A stretch of 64,000 bases of DNA from Eledone cirrhosa (taxonomy: Eukaryota), in contig OZ024744.1 of the NCBI GenBank assembly GCA_964016885.1, positions 12,710,001-12,774,000 on the forward strand, given 5' to 3'. The position numbers and the translations under genes are program-made. The notes beneath the pieces are model-generated. The model was not told the DNA's origin. It saw only the letters and a list, made by a program, of their open reading frames with translations, and did not search any database. Below are positions 26,201 to 39,600 of the stretch, in pieces; position 1 is the first letter of the stretch; every line of letters starts with the position of its first letter.

Positions 26201-27599
26201 ACACTGTAACGTGGTTGTGTAGGGATCACAACAAAAAGTACCCAGTACACACTGTAAAGTTGTCATGAAGGTGTCATGACAAAAAGTACCCACTACACAC
26301 TGTAAAGTGGTCATGTAGGTGTCATGACAAAAAGTACCCAGTACACGCTGTAAAGTAGTCCTGTAGGAGTCACAACAGAAAGTACCCAGTCCACACTGTA
26401 AAGTGGTCATGTAGGTGTTACAACAAAAAGTACCCAGTACACACTGTAAAGTGGTCATGTAGGTATCACAACAAAAAGTACGCAGTCCACACTGTAAAGT
26501 AGTCATGTAGGTGTCATGACAAAAAGTACCCAGTACACACTGTAAAGTGGTCATGGAGGTGTCATGACAAAAAGTACCCAGTACACACTGTAAAGTAGTC
26601 CTGTAGGTGCCACAACAAAAAGTACCCAGTCCACACTGTAAAGTGGTTATGTAGGTGTCACAACAAAAAGTACCCACTACACAATGTAAAGTGGTCATGT
26701 AGGTGTCATGACAAAAAATACCCAGTACACACTGTAAAGTGGTCATGTAGGTGTCACAACAGAAAGTACACAGTACACACTGTAACGTGGTCATGTAGGT
26801 GTCACAACAAAGAGTACCCAGTCCACACTGTAAAGTGGTCATGTAGGTGTCACAGCAAAAAGTACCCAGTCCACACTGTAAAGTAGTTATGTAGGTGTCA
26901 TGACAAAAAGCACCCAGTACACACTGTAACGTGGTTGTGTAGGTGTCACAACAAAAAGTACCCAGTACACACTGTAAAGTGGTTGTGTAGGTATCACAAC
27001 AGAAAGTACCCAGTATACACTGTAAAGTAGTCCTGTAGGTGTCACAACAGAAAGTACCCAGTTCACACTGTAAAGTGGTTGTGTAGGTATCACAACAGAA
27101 AGTACCCAGTACACACTGTAAAGTAGTCCTGTAGGTGTCACAACAGAAAGTCCCCAGTACAAACTGTAACGTGGTCATGTAGGTGTCACAACAGAAAGTA
27201 CCCAGTACACACTGTAACGTGGTTGTGTAGGGATCACAACAAAAAGTACCCAGTACACACTGTAAAGTGGTCATGTAGGTGTCATGACAAAAAGTACCCA
27301 GTACACACTGTAAAGTGGTCATATAGGTGTCATAAAAAAAAAGTACCCAGTACACACTGTAAAGTAGTCCTGTAGGTGTCACAACAGAAAGTACCCAGTA
27401 CACACTGTAAAGTGGTCATGTAGGTGTCACAACAGAAAGTACCCAGTACACACTGTAACGTGGTTGTGTAGGTATCACTACAAAAAGTACCCAGTACACA
27501 CTGTAAAGTGGTCATGTAGGTGTCATGACAAAAAGTACCCACTACACACTGTAAAGTGGTCATGTAGGTGTCACAACAGAAAGTACCCAGTCCACACTG

Positions 27600-30500
27600 T
27601 AACGTGGTTATGTAGGTGTCACAACAAAAAGAACCCAGTCCACACTGAAAGTGGTCATATAGGTATCACAACAAAAAGTACCCAGTACACACTGTAACGT
27701 GGTCATGTAGGTGCCACAACAAAAAGTACCCAGTCCACACTGTAAAGTAGTCATGTAGGTGTTACAACAAAAAGTACCCAGTCCACACTGTAAAGTGGTC
27801 ATGTAGGTGTCACAACAGAAAGTACCCATCCGCACTGTAACGTGGTTGTCTAGGTCTCACAACAGAAAGTACCCAGTACACACTGTAAAGTGGTCATGTA
27901 GGGCTCACAACAGAAAGTACCCAGTCCACACTGTAGCCTGGTCATATAGGTGTGACAACAGAAAGTACCCAGTACACACTGTAATGTGGTTATGTAGGTA
28001 TCACAACAAAAAGTACCCAGTACACACTGTAAAGTGGTCATGTAGGTGTCATGGCAAAAAGTACCCACTACACACTGTAAAGTGGTCATGTAGGTGTCAT
28101 GACAAAAAGTACCCAGTACACATTGTAAAGTAGTCCTGTAGGAGTCACAACAGAAAGTACCCAGTCCACACTGTAAAGTGGTCATGTAGGTGTCACAACA
28201 AAAAGTACCCAGTCCACACTGTAAAGTAGTCATGTAGGTGTTACAACAAAAAGTACCCAGTCCACACTGTAAAGTGGTCATGTAGGTGTCACAACAGAAA
28301 GTACCCCTCCACACTGTAACGTGGTTGTGTAGGTCTCACAACAAAAAGTACCCAGTACACACTGTAAAGTAGTCCTGTAGGAGTCACAACAGAAAATACC
28401 CAGTCCACACTGTAAAGTGGTCATGTAGGTGTTACAACAAAAAGTACCCAGTACACACTGTAAAGTGGTCATATAGCTATCACAACAAAAAGTACCCAGT
28501 CCACACTGTAAAGTGGTTATGTAGGTGTCACAACAAAAAGTACCCAGTACACACTGTAAAGTAGTCATGTAGGTGTCATGACAAAAAGTACCCAGTACAC
28601 ACTGTAACGTGGTTATGTAGATGTCACAACAAAAAGTACCCAGTACACACTGTAAAGTGGTTGTGTAGATATCACAACAGAAAGTACCCAGTACACACTG
28701 TAAAGTAGTCCTGTAGGTGTCACAACAGAAAGTACCCAGTCCACACTGTAAAGTGGTTGTGTAGGTATCACAACAGAAAGTACCCAGTACACACTGTAAA
28801 GTAGTCCTGTAGGTGTCACAACAGAAAGTCCCCAGTACACACTGTAACGTGGTTCTGTAGGTATCACAACAAAAAGTACCCAGTACACACTGTAAAGTGG
28901 TCATGTAGGTGTCATGACAAAAAGTACCCACTACACACTGTAAAGTGGTCATGTAGGTGTCATGAAAAAAAGTACACAGCACACACTGTAAAGTAGTCCT
29001 GTAGGAGTCACAACAGAAAGTACCCAGTCCACACTGTAAAGTGGTCATGTAGGTGTTACAACAAAAAGCACCCAGTACACACTGTAAAGTGGTCATGTAG
29101 GTGTCACAACAGAAAGTACCCAGTACACACTTTAATGTGGTCATGTAGGTGTCACAACAAAGAGTACCCAGTCCACACTGTAAAGTGGTCATGTAGGTGT
29201 CACAACAAAAAGTACCCAGTCCACACTGTAAAGTAGTCATGTAGGTGTTACAACAAAAAGTACCCAGTCCACACTGTAAAGTGGTCATGTAGGTGTCACA
29301 ACAGAAAGTACCCCTCCACACTGTAACGTGGTTGTGTAGGTCTCACAACAAAAAGTACCCAGTACACACTGTAAAGTAGTCCTGTAGGAGTCACAACAGA
29401 AAGTACCCAGTCCACACTGTAAAGTGGTCATGTAGGTGTTACAACAAAAAGTACCCAGTACACACTGTAAAGTGGTCATATAGGTATCACAACAAAAAGT
29501 ACCCAGTCCACACTATAAAGTGGTTATGTAGGTGTCACAACAAAAAGTACCCAGTCCACACTGTAAAGTGGTCATGTAGGTATCACAACAAAAAGTACCC
29601 AGTCACACTGTAAAGTGGTCATGTAGGTGTCACAACAGAAAGTACCCATCCACACTGTAACGTGGTTGTGTAGGTGTTACAACAAAAAGTACCCAGTCCA
29701 CGCTGTAAAGTGGTCATGTAGGTCTCACAACAGAAAGTACCCAGTCCACACTGTAAAGTGGTTGTGTAGGTGTCACAACAGAAAGTACCCAGTACACACT
29801 GTAAAGTGGTCATGTAGGTCTCAAAACAGAAAGTACCCAGTCCACACTGTAGCCTGGTCATATAGGTGTCACAACAGAAACTACCCAGAACACACTGTAA
29901 CGTGGTTATGTAGGTATCACAACAAAAAGTACCCAGTACACACTGTAAAGTGGTCATGTAGGTGTCATTACAAAAAGTACCCAGTACACACTGTAAAGTA
30001 GTCATGTAGGTGTCATGACAAAAAGTACCCAGTACACACTGTAACGTGATTGTGTAGGTGTCACAACAAAAAGTACCCAGTACACACTGTAAAGTGGTCA
30101 TGTAGGTGTCATGACAAAAAGTACCCACTACACACTGTAAAGTAGTCATGTAGGTGTTACAACAAAAAGTACCCAGTCCACACTGTAAAGTGGTTATGTA
30201 GGTGTCACAAAAAAAAGTACCCACTACACACTGTAAAGTGGTCATGTAGGTGTCATGACAAAAAATACCCAGTACACACTGTAAAGTGGTCATGTAGGTG
30301 TCAGAACAGAAAGTACACAGTACACACTGTAACGTGGTCATGTAGGTGTCACAACAAAGAGTACCCAGTCCACACTGTAAAGTGGTCATGTAGGTGTCAC
30401 AACAAAAAGTACCCAGTCCACACTGTAAAGTAGTTATGTAGGTGTCATGACAAAAAGCACCCAGTACACACTGTAACGTGGTTGTGTAGGTGTCACAACA

Positions 30501-31780
30501 AAAAGTACCCAGTACACACTGTAAAGTGGTTGTGTAGGTATCACAACAGAAAGTACCCAGTACACACTGTAAAGTAGTCCTGTAGGTGTCACAACAGAAA
30601 GTACCCAGTTCACACTGTAAAGTGGTTGTGTAGGTATCACAACAGAAAGTACCCAGTACACACTGTAAAGTAGTCCTGTAGGTGTCACAACAGAAAGTCC
30701 CCAGTACACACTGTAACGTGGTCATGTAGGTGTCACAACAGAAAGTACCCAGTACACACTGTAACGTGGTTGTGTAGGGATCACAACAAAAAGTACCCAG
30801 TACACACTGTAAAGTGGTCATGTAGGTGTCATGACAAAAAGTACCCAGTACACACTGTAAAGTGGTCATATAGGTGTCATAAAAAAAAAGTACCCAGTAC
30901 ACACTGTAAAGTAGTCCTGTAGGTGTCACAACAGAAAGTACCCAGTACACACTGTAAAGTGGTCATGTAGGTGTCACAACAGAAAGTACCCAGTACACAC
31001 TGTAACGTGGTTGTGTAGGTATCACTACAAAAAGTACCCAGTACACACTGTAAAGTGGTCATGTAAGTGTCATGACAAAAAGTACCCAGTACACACTGTA
31101 AAGTGGTCATGTAGGTGTCATGACAAAAAGTACCCAGTACACACTGTAAAGTAGTCCTGTAGGAGTCACAACAGAAAGTACCCAGTCCACACTGTAAAGT
31201 GGTCATGTAGGTGTTACAACAAAAAGTACCCAGTACACACTGTAAAGTGGTCATGTAGGTATCACAACAAAAAGTACCCAGTCCACACTGTAACGTGGTT
31301 ATGTAGGTGTCACAACAAAAAGAACCCAGTCCACACTGAAAGTGGTCATATAGGTATCACAACAAAAAGTACCCAGTACACACTGTAACGTGGTCATGTA
31401 GGTGCCACAACAAAAAGTACCCAGTCCACACTGTAAAGTAGTCATGTAGGTGTTACAACAAAAAGTACCCAGTCCACACTGTAAAGTGGTCATGTAGGTG
31501 TCACAACAGAAAGTAACCATCCGCACTGTAACGTGGTTGTGTAGGTCTCACAACAGAAAGTACCCAGTACACACTGTAAAGTGGTCATGTAGGGCTCACA
31601 ACAGAAAGTACCCAGTCCACACTGTAGCCTGGTCATATAGGTGTGACAACAGAAAGTACCCAGTACACACTGTAATGTGGTTATGTAGGTATCACAACAA
31701 AAAGTACCCAGTACACACTGTAAAGTGGTCATGTAGGTGTCATGGCAAAAAGTACCCACTACACACTGTAAAGTGGTCAT
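27600..31780. repeat. Slightly diverged copy of the block at the window start (equivalent to ~626-3300 and ~3540-7650)
   Basis: Offsets of 26,982 (626/27608, 825/27807, 1296/28278) and 24,108-24,109 (5177/29285, 6325/30434, 7190/31299). Carries private substitutions such as atagctat at ~28475 and cacagc at ~28975. Confidence 0.8.
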
Positions 31781-31789
31781 GTAGGTGTT

Positions 31790-33690
31790 ACAACAAAAAG
31801 TACCCAGTCCACACTGTAAAGTGGTCATGTAGGTGTCACAACAGAAAGTACCCCTCCACACTGTAACGTGGTTGTGTAGGTCTCACAACAAAAAGTACCC
31901 AGTACACACTGTAAAGTAGTCCTGTAGGAGTCACAACAGAAAGTACCCAGTCCACACTGTAAAGTGGTCATGTAGGTGTTACAACAAAAAGTACCCAGTA
32001 AACACTGTAAAGTGGTCATATAGGTATCACAACAAAAAGTACCCAGTCCACACTGTAAAGTGGTTATGTAGGTGTCACAACAAAAAGTACCCAGTACACA
32101 CTGTAAAGTAGTCATGTAGGTGTCATGACAAAAAGTACCCAGTACACACTGTAACGAGGTTATGTAGATGTCACAACAAAAAGTACCCAGTACACACTGT
32201 AAAGTGGTTGTGTAGGTATCACAACAGAAAGTACCCAGTACACACTGTAAAGTAGTCCTGTAGGTGTCACAACAGAAAGTACCCAGTCCACACTGTAAAG
32301 TGGTTGTGTAGGTATCACAACAGAAAGTACCCAGTACACGCTGTAAAGTAGTCCTGTAGGTGTCACAACAGAAAGTCCCCAGTACACACTGTAACGTGGT
32401 CATGTAGGTGTCACAACAGAAAGTACCCAGTACACACTGTAACGTGGTTGTGAAGGTATCACAACAAAAAGTACCCAGCCCACACTGTAAAGTGTTCATG
32501 TAGGTGTCACAACAAAAAGTACCCACTACACACTGTAAAGTGGTCATGTAGGTGTCATGACAAAAAGTACACAGTACACACTGTAACGTGGTCATGTAGG
32601 TGTCACAACAAAGAGTACCCAGTCCACACTGTAAAGTGGTCATGTAGGTGTCACAACAAAAAGTACCCAGTCCACACTGTAAAGTAGTCATGTAGGTGTT
32701 ACAACAAAAAGTACCCAGTCCACACTGTAAAGTGGTCATGTAGGTGTCACAACAGAAAGTACCCCTCCACACTGTAACGTGGTTGTGTAGGTCTCACAAC
32801 AAAAAGTACCCAGTACACACTGTAAAGTAGTCCTGTAGGAGTCACAACAGAAAGTACCGAGTCCACACTGTAAAGTGGTCATGTAGGTGTTACAACAAAA
32901 AGTACCCAGTAAACACTGTAAAGTGGTCATATAGGTATCACAACAAAAAGTACCCAGTCCACACTGTAAAGTGGTTATGTAGGTGTCACAACAAAAAGTA
33001 CCCAGTACACACTGTAAAGTAGTCATGTAGGTGTCATGACAAAAAGTACCCAGTACACACTGTAACGAGGTTATGTAGATGTCACAACAAAAAGTACCCA
33101 GTACACACTGTAAAGTGGTTGTGTAGGTATCACAACAGAAAGTACCCAGTACACACTGTAAAGTAGTCCTGTAGGTGTCACAACAGAAAGTACCCAGTCC
33201 ACACTGTAAAGTGGTTGTGTAGGTATCACAACAGAAAGTACCCAGTACACGCTGTAAAGTAGTCCTGTAGGTGTCACAACAGAAAGTCCCCAGTACACAC
33301 TGTAACGTGGTCATGTAGGTGTCACAACAGAAAGTACCCAGTACACACTGTAACGTGGTTGTGAAGGTATCACAACAAAAAGTACCCAGCCCACACTGTA
33401 AAGTGTTCATGTAGGTGTCACAACAAAAAGTACCCACTACACACTGTAAAGTGGTCATGTAGGTGTCATGACAAAAAGTACACAGTACACACTGTAACGT
33501 GGTCATGTAGGTGTCACAACAAAGAGTACCCAGTCCACACTGTAAAGTGGTCATGTAGGTGTCACAACAAAAAGTACCCAGTCCACACTGTAAAGTAGTC
33601 ATGTAGGTGTTACAACAAAAAGTACCCAGTCCACACTGTAAAGTGGTCATGTAGGTGTCACAACAGAAAGTAGCCCTCCACACTGTAACG
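31790..33690. repeat. Near-perfect tandem duplication of a 911-bp 19-mer
   Basis: ORFs 31825/32736 and 32160/33071 are offset by 911 (19x48-1). Private variants aacgagg (32153/33064) and tgtgaaggta (~32449/33360) occur only in these two copies. Confidence 0.92.
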
Positions 33691-36600
33691 TGGTTGTGTA
33701 GGTCTCACAACAAAAAGTACCCAGTACACACTGTAAAGTGTTCATGTAGGTGTCACAACAAAAAGTACCCACTACACACTGTAAAGTGGTCATGTAGGTG
33801 TCATGACAAAAAGTACCCAGTACACACTGTAAAGTAGTCCTGTAGGAGTCACAACAGAAAGTACCCAGTCCACACTGTGAAGTGGTCATGTAGGTGTTAC
33901 AACAAAAAGTACCCAGTCCACACTGTAAAGTGGTTATGTAGGTGTCACAACAAAAAGTACCCAGTCCACACTGTAAAGTGGTCATGTAGGTATCACAACA
34001 AAAAGTACCCAGTCACACTGTAAAGTGGTCATGTAGGTGTCACAACAGAAAGTACCCAGTCCACACTGTAACGTGGTTGTGTAGGTGTTACAACAAAAAG
34101 TACCCAGTCCACACTGTAAAGTGGTCATGTAGGTCTCACAACAGAAAGTACCCAGTCCACACAGTAAAGTGGTCATGTAGGTCTCACAACAGAAAGTACC
34201 CAGTCCACACTGTAAAATGGTTGTGTAGGTGTCACAACAGAAAGTACCCAGTACACACTGTAACGTGGTTGTGTAGGGATCACAACAAAAAGTACCCAGT
34301 ACATACTGTAAAGTGGTCATGTAGGTGTCATGACAAAAAGTACCCAGTACACACTGTAAAGTGGTCATATAGGTGTCACAACAGAAAGTACCCAGTACAC
34401 ACTGTAAAGTGGTCATGTAGGTGTCACAACAGAAAGTACCCAGTACACACTGTAACGTGGTTGTGTAGGTATCACTACAAAAAGTACCCAGTACACACTG
34501 TAAAGTGGTCATGTAGGTGTCATGACAAAAAGTACCCAGTACACACTGTAAAGTGGTCATGTAGGTGTCATGACAAAAAGTACCCAGTACACACTGTAAA
34601 GTAGTCCTGTAGGAGTCACAACAGAAAGTACCCAGTCCACACTGTAAAGTGGTCATGTAGGTGTTACAACAAAAAGTACCCAGTACACACTGTAAAGTGG
34701 TCATGTAGGTATCACAACAAAAAGTACCCAGTCCACACTGTAACGTGGTTATGTAGGTGTCACAACAAAAAGAACCCAGTCCACACTGAAAGTGGTCATA
34801 TAGGTATCACAACAAAAAGTACCCAGTACACACTGTAACGTGGTCATGTAGGTGCCACAACAAAAAGTACCCAGTCCACACTGTAAAGTAGTCATGTAGG
34901 TGTTACAACAAAAAGTACCCAGTCCACACTGTAAAGTGGTCATGTAGGTGTCACAACAGAAAGTAACCATCCGCACTGTAACGTGGTTGTGTAGGTCTCA
35001 CAACAGAAAGTACCCAGTACACACTGTAAAGTGGTCATGTAGGGCTCACAACAGAAAGTACCCAGTCCACACTGTAGCCTGGTCATATAGGTGTGACAAC
35101 AGAAAGTACCCAGTACACACTGTAATGTGGTTATGTAGGTATCACAACAAAAAGTACCCAGTACACACTGTAAAGTGGTCATGTAGGTGTCATGGCAAAA
35201 AGTACCCACTACACACTGTAAAGTGGTCATGTAGGTGTCATGACAAAAAGTACCCAGTACACATTGTAAAGTAGTCCTGTAGGAGTCACAACAGAAAGTA
35301 CCCAGTCCACACTGTAAAGTGGTCATGTAGGTGTCACAACAAAAAGTACCCAGTCCACACTGTAAAGTAGTCATGTAGGTGTTACAACAAAAAGTACCCA
35401 GTCCACACCGTAAAGTGGTCATGTAGGTGACACAACAGAAAGTACCCCTCCACACTGTAACGTGGTTGTGTAGGTCTCACAACAAAAAGTACCCAGTACA
35501 CACTGTAAAGTAGTCCTGTAGGAGTCACAACAGAAAGTACCCAGTCCACACTGTAAAGTGGTCATGTAGGTGTTACAACAAAAAGTACCCAGTAAACACT
35601 GTAAAGTGGTCATATAGGTATCACAACAAAAAGTACCCAGTCCACACTGTAAAGTGGTTATGTAGGTGTCACAACAAAAAGTACCCAGTACACACTGTAA
35701 AGTAGTCATGTAGGTGTCATGACAAAAAGTACCCAGTGCACACTGTAACGTGGTTATGTAGATGTCACAACAAGAAGTACCCAGTACACACTGTAAAGTG
35801 GTTGTGTAGGTATCACAACAGAAAGCACCCAGTACACACTGTAAAGTAGTCCTGTAGGTGTCACAACAGAAAGTACCCAGTCCACACTGTAAAGTGGTTG
35901 TGTAGGTATCACAACAGAAAGTACCCAGTACACACTGTAAAGTAGTCCTGTAGGTGTCACAACAGAAAGTCCCCAGTACACACTGTAACGTGGTCATGTA
36001 GGTGTCACAACAGAAAGTACCCAGTACACACTGTAACGTGGTTGTGTAGGTATCACAACAAAAAGTACCCAGCCCACACTGTAAAGTGTTCATGTAGGTG
36101 TCACAACAAAAAGTACCCACTACACACTGTAAAGTGGTCATGTAGGTGTCATGACAAAAAGTACACAGTACACACTGTAACGTGGTCATGTAGGTGTCAC
36201 AACAAAGAGTACCCAGTCCACACTGTAAAGTGGTCATGTAGGTGTCACAACAAAAAGTACCCAGTCCACACTGTAAAGTAGTCATGTAGGTGTTACAACA
36301 AAAAGTACCCAGTCCACACTGTAAAGTGGTCATGTAGGTGTCACAACAGAAAGTACCCCTCCACACTGTAACGTGGTTGTGTAGGTCTCACAACAAAAAG
36401 TACCCAGTACACACTGTAAAGTGTTCATGTAGGTGTCACAACAAAAAGTACCCACTACACACTGTAAAGTGGTCATGTAGGTGTCATGACAAAAAGTACC
36501 CAGTACACACTGTAAAGTAGTCCTGTAGGAGTCACAACAGAAAGTACCCAGTCCACACTGTGAAGTGGTCATGTAGGTGTTACAACAAAAAGTACCCAGT

Positions 36601-39600
36601 CCACACTGTAAAGTGGTTATGTAGGTGTCACAACAAAAAGTACCCAGTCCACACTGTAAAGTGCTCATGTAGGTATCACAACAAAAAGTACCCAGTCACA
36701 CTGTAAAGTGGTCATGTAGGTGTCACAACAGAAAGTACCCAGTCCACACTGTAACGTGGTTGTGTAGGTGTTACAACAAAAAGTACCCAGTCCACACTGT
36801 AAAGTGGTCATGTAGGTCTCACAACAGAAAGTACCCAGTCCACACAGTAAAGTGGTCATGTAGGTCTCACAACAGAAAGTACCCAGTCCACACTGTAAAA
36901 TGGTTGTGTAGGTGTCACAACAGAAAGTACCCAGTACACACTGTAACGTGGTTGTGTAGGGATCACAACAAAAAGTACCCAGTACACACTGTAAAGTGGT
37001 CATGTAGGTGTCATGACAAAAAGTACCCAGTACACACTGTAAAGTGGTCATATAGGTGTCATAAAAAAAAAGTACCCAGTACACACTGTAAAGTAGTCCT
37101 GTAGGTGTCACAACAGAAAGTACCCAGTACACACTGTAAAGTGGTCATGTAGGTGTCACAACAGAAAGTACCCAGTACACACTGTAACGTGGTTGTGTAG
37201 GTATCACTACAAAAAGTACCCAGTACACACTGTAAAGTGGTCATGTAGGTGTCATGACAAAAAGTACCCAGTACACACTGTAAAGTAGTCCTGTAGGAGT
37301 CACAACAGAAAGTACCCAGTCCACACTGTAAAGTGGTCATGTAGGTGTTACAACAAAAAGTACCCAGTACACACTGTAAAGTGGTCATGTAGGTATCACA
37401 ACAAAAAGTACCCAGTCCACACTGTAACGTGGTTATGTAGGTGTCACAACAAAAAGAACCCAGTCCACACTGAAAGTGGTCATATAGGTATCACAACAAA
37501 AAGTACCCAGTACACACTGTAACGTGGTCATGTAGGTGCCACAACAAAAAGTACCCAGTCCACACTGTAAAGTAGTCATGTAGGTGTTACAACAAAAAGT
37601 ACCCAGTCCACACTGTAAAGTGGTCATGTAGGTGTCACAACAGAAAGTAACCATCCGCACTGTAACGTGGTTGTGTAGGTCTCACAACAGAAAGTACCCA
37701 GTACACACTGTAAAGTGGTCATGTAGGGCTCACAACAGAAAGTACCCAGTCCACACTGTAGCCTGGTCATATAGGTGTGACAACAGAAAGTACCCAGTAC
37801 ACACTGTAATGTGGTTATGTAGGTATCACAACAAAAAGTACCCAGTACACACTGTAAAGTGGTCATGTAGGTGTCATGGCAAAAAGTACCCACTACACAC
37901 TGTAAAGTGGTCATGTAGGTGTCATGACAAAAAGTACCCAGTACACATTGTAAAGTAGTCCTGTAGGAGTCACAACAGAAAGTACCCAGTCCACACTGTA
38001 AAGTGGTCATGTAGGTGTCACAACAAAAAGTACCCAGTCCACACTGTAAAGTAGTCATGTAGGTGTTACAACAAAAAGTACCCAGTCCACACCGTAAAGT
38101 GGTCATGTAGGTGACACAACAGAAAGTACCCAGTACACACTGTAACGTGGTTGTGTAGGTCTCACAACAAAAAGTACCCAGTACACACTGTAAAGTAGTC
38201 CTGTAGGAGTCACAACAGAAAGTACCCAGTCCACACTGTAAAGTGGTCATGTAGGTGTTACAACAAAAAGTACCCAGTAAACACTGTAAAGTGGTCATAT
38301 AGGTATCACAACAAAAAGTACCCAGTCCACACTGTAAAGTGGTTATGTAGGTGTCACAACAAAAAGTACCCAGTACACACTGTAAAGTAGTCATGTAGGT
38401 GTCATGACAAAAAGTACCCAGTGCACACTGTAACGTGGTTATGTAGATGTCACAACAAGAAGTACCCAGTACACACTGTAAAGTGGTTGTGTAGGTATCA
38501 CAACAGAAAGCACCCAGTACACACTGTAAAGTAGTCCTGTAGGTGTCACAACAGAAAGTACCCAGTCCACACTGTAAAGTGGTTGTGTAGGTATCACAAC
38601 AGAAAGTACCCAGTACACACTGTAAAGTAGTCCTGTAGGTGTCACAACAGAAAGTCCCCAGTACACACTGTAACGTGGTCATGTAGGTGTCACAACAGAA
38701 AGTACCCAGTACACACTGTAACGTGGTTGTGTAGGTATCACAACAAAAAGTACCCAGCCCACACTGTAAAGTGTTCATGTAGGTGTCACAACAAAAAGTA
38801 CCCACTACACACTGTAAAGTGGTCATGTAGGTGTCATGACAAAAAGTACACAGTACACACTGTAACGTGGTCATGTAGGTGTCACAACAAAGAGTACCCA
38901 GTCCACACTGTAAAGTGGTCATGTAGGTGTCACAACAAAAAGTACCCAGTCCACACTGTAAAGTAGTCATGTAGGTGTTACAACAAAAAGTACCCAGTCC
39001 ACACTGTAAAGTGGTCATGTAGGTGTCACAACAGAAAGTACCCCTCCACACTGTAACGTGGTTGTGTAGGTCTCACAACAAAAAGTACCCAGTACACACT
39101 GTAAAGTGTTCATGTAGGTGTCACAACAAAAAGTACCCACTACACACTGTAAAGTGGTCATGTAGGTGTCATGACAAAAAGTACCCAGTACACACTGTAA
39201 AGTAGTCCTGTAGGAGTCACAACAGAAAGTACCCAGTCCACACTGTGAAGTGGTCATGTAGGTGTTACAACAAAAAGTACCCAGTCCACACTGTAAAGTG
39301 GTTATGTAGGTGTCACAACAAAAAGTACCCAGTCCACACTGTAAAGTGCTCATGTAGGTATCACAACAAAAAGTACCCAGTCACACTGTAAAGTGGTCAT
39401 GTAGGTGTCACAACAGAAAGTACCCAGTCCACACTGTAACGTGGTTGTGTAGGTGTTACAACAAAAAGTACCCAGTCCACACTGTAAAGTGGTCATGTAG
39501 GTCTCACAACAGAAAGTACCCAGTCCACACAGTAAAGTGGTCATGTAGGTCTCACAACAGAAAGTACCCAGTCCACACTGTAAAATGGTTGTGTAGGTGT

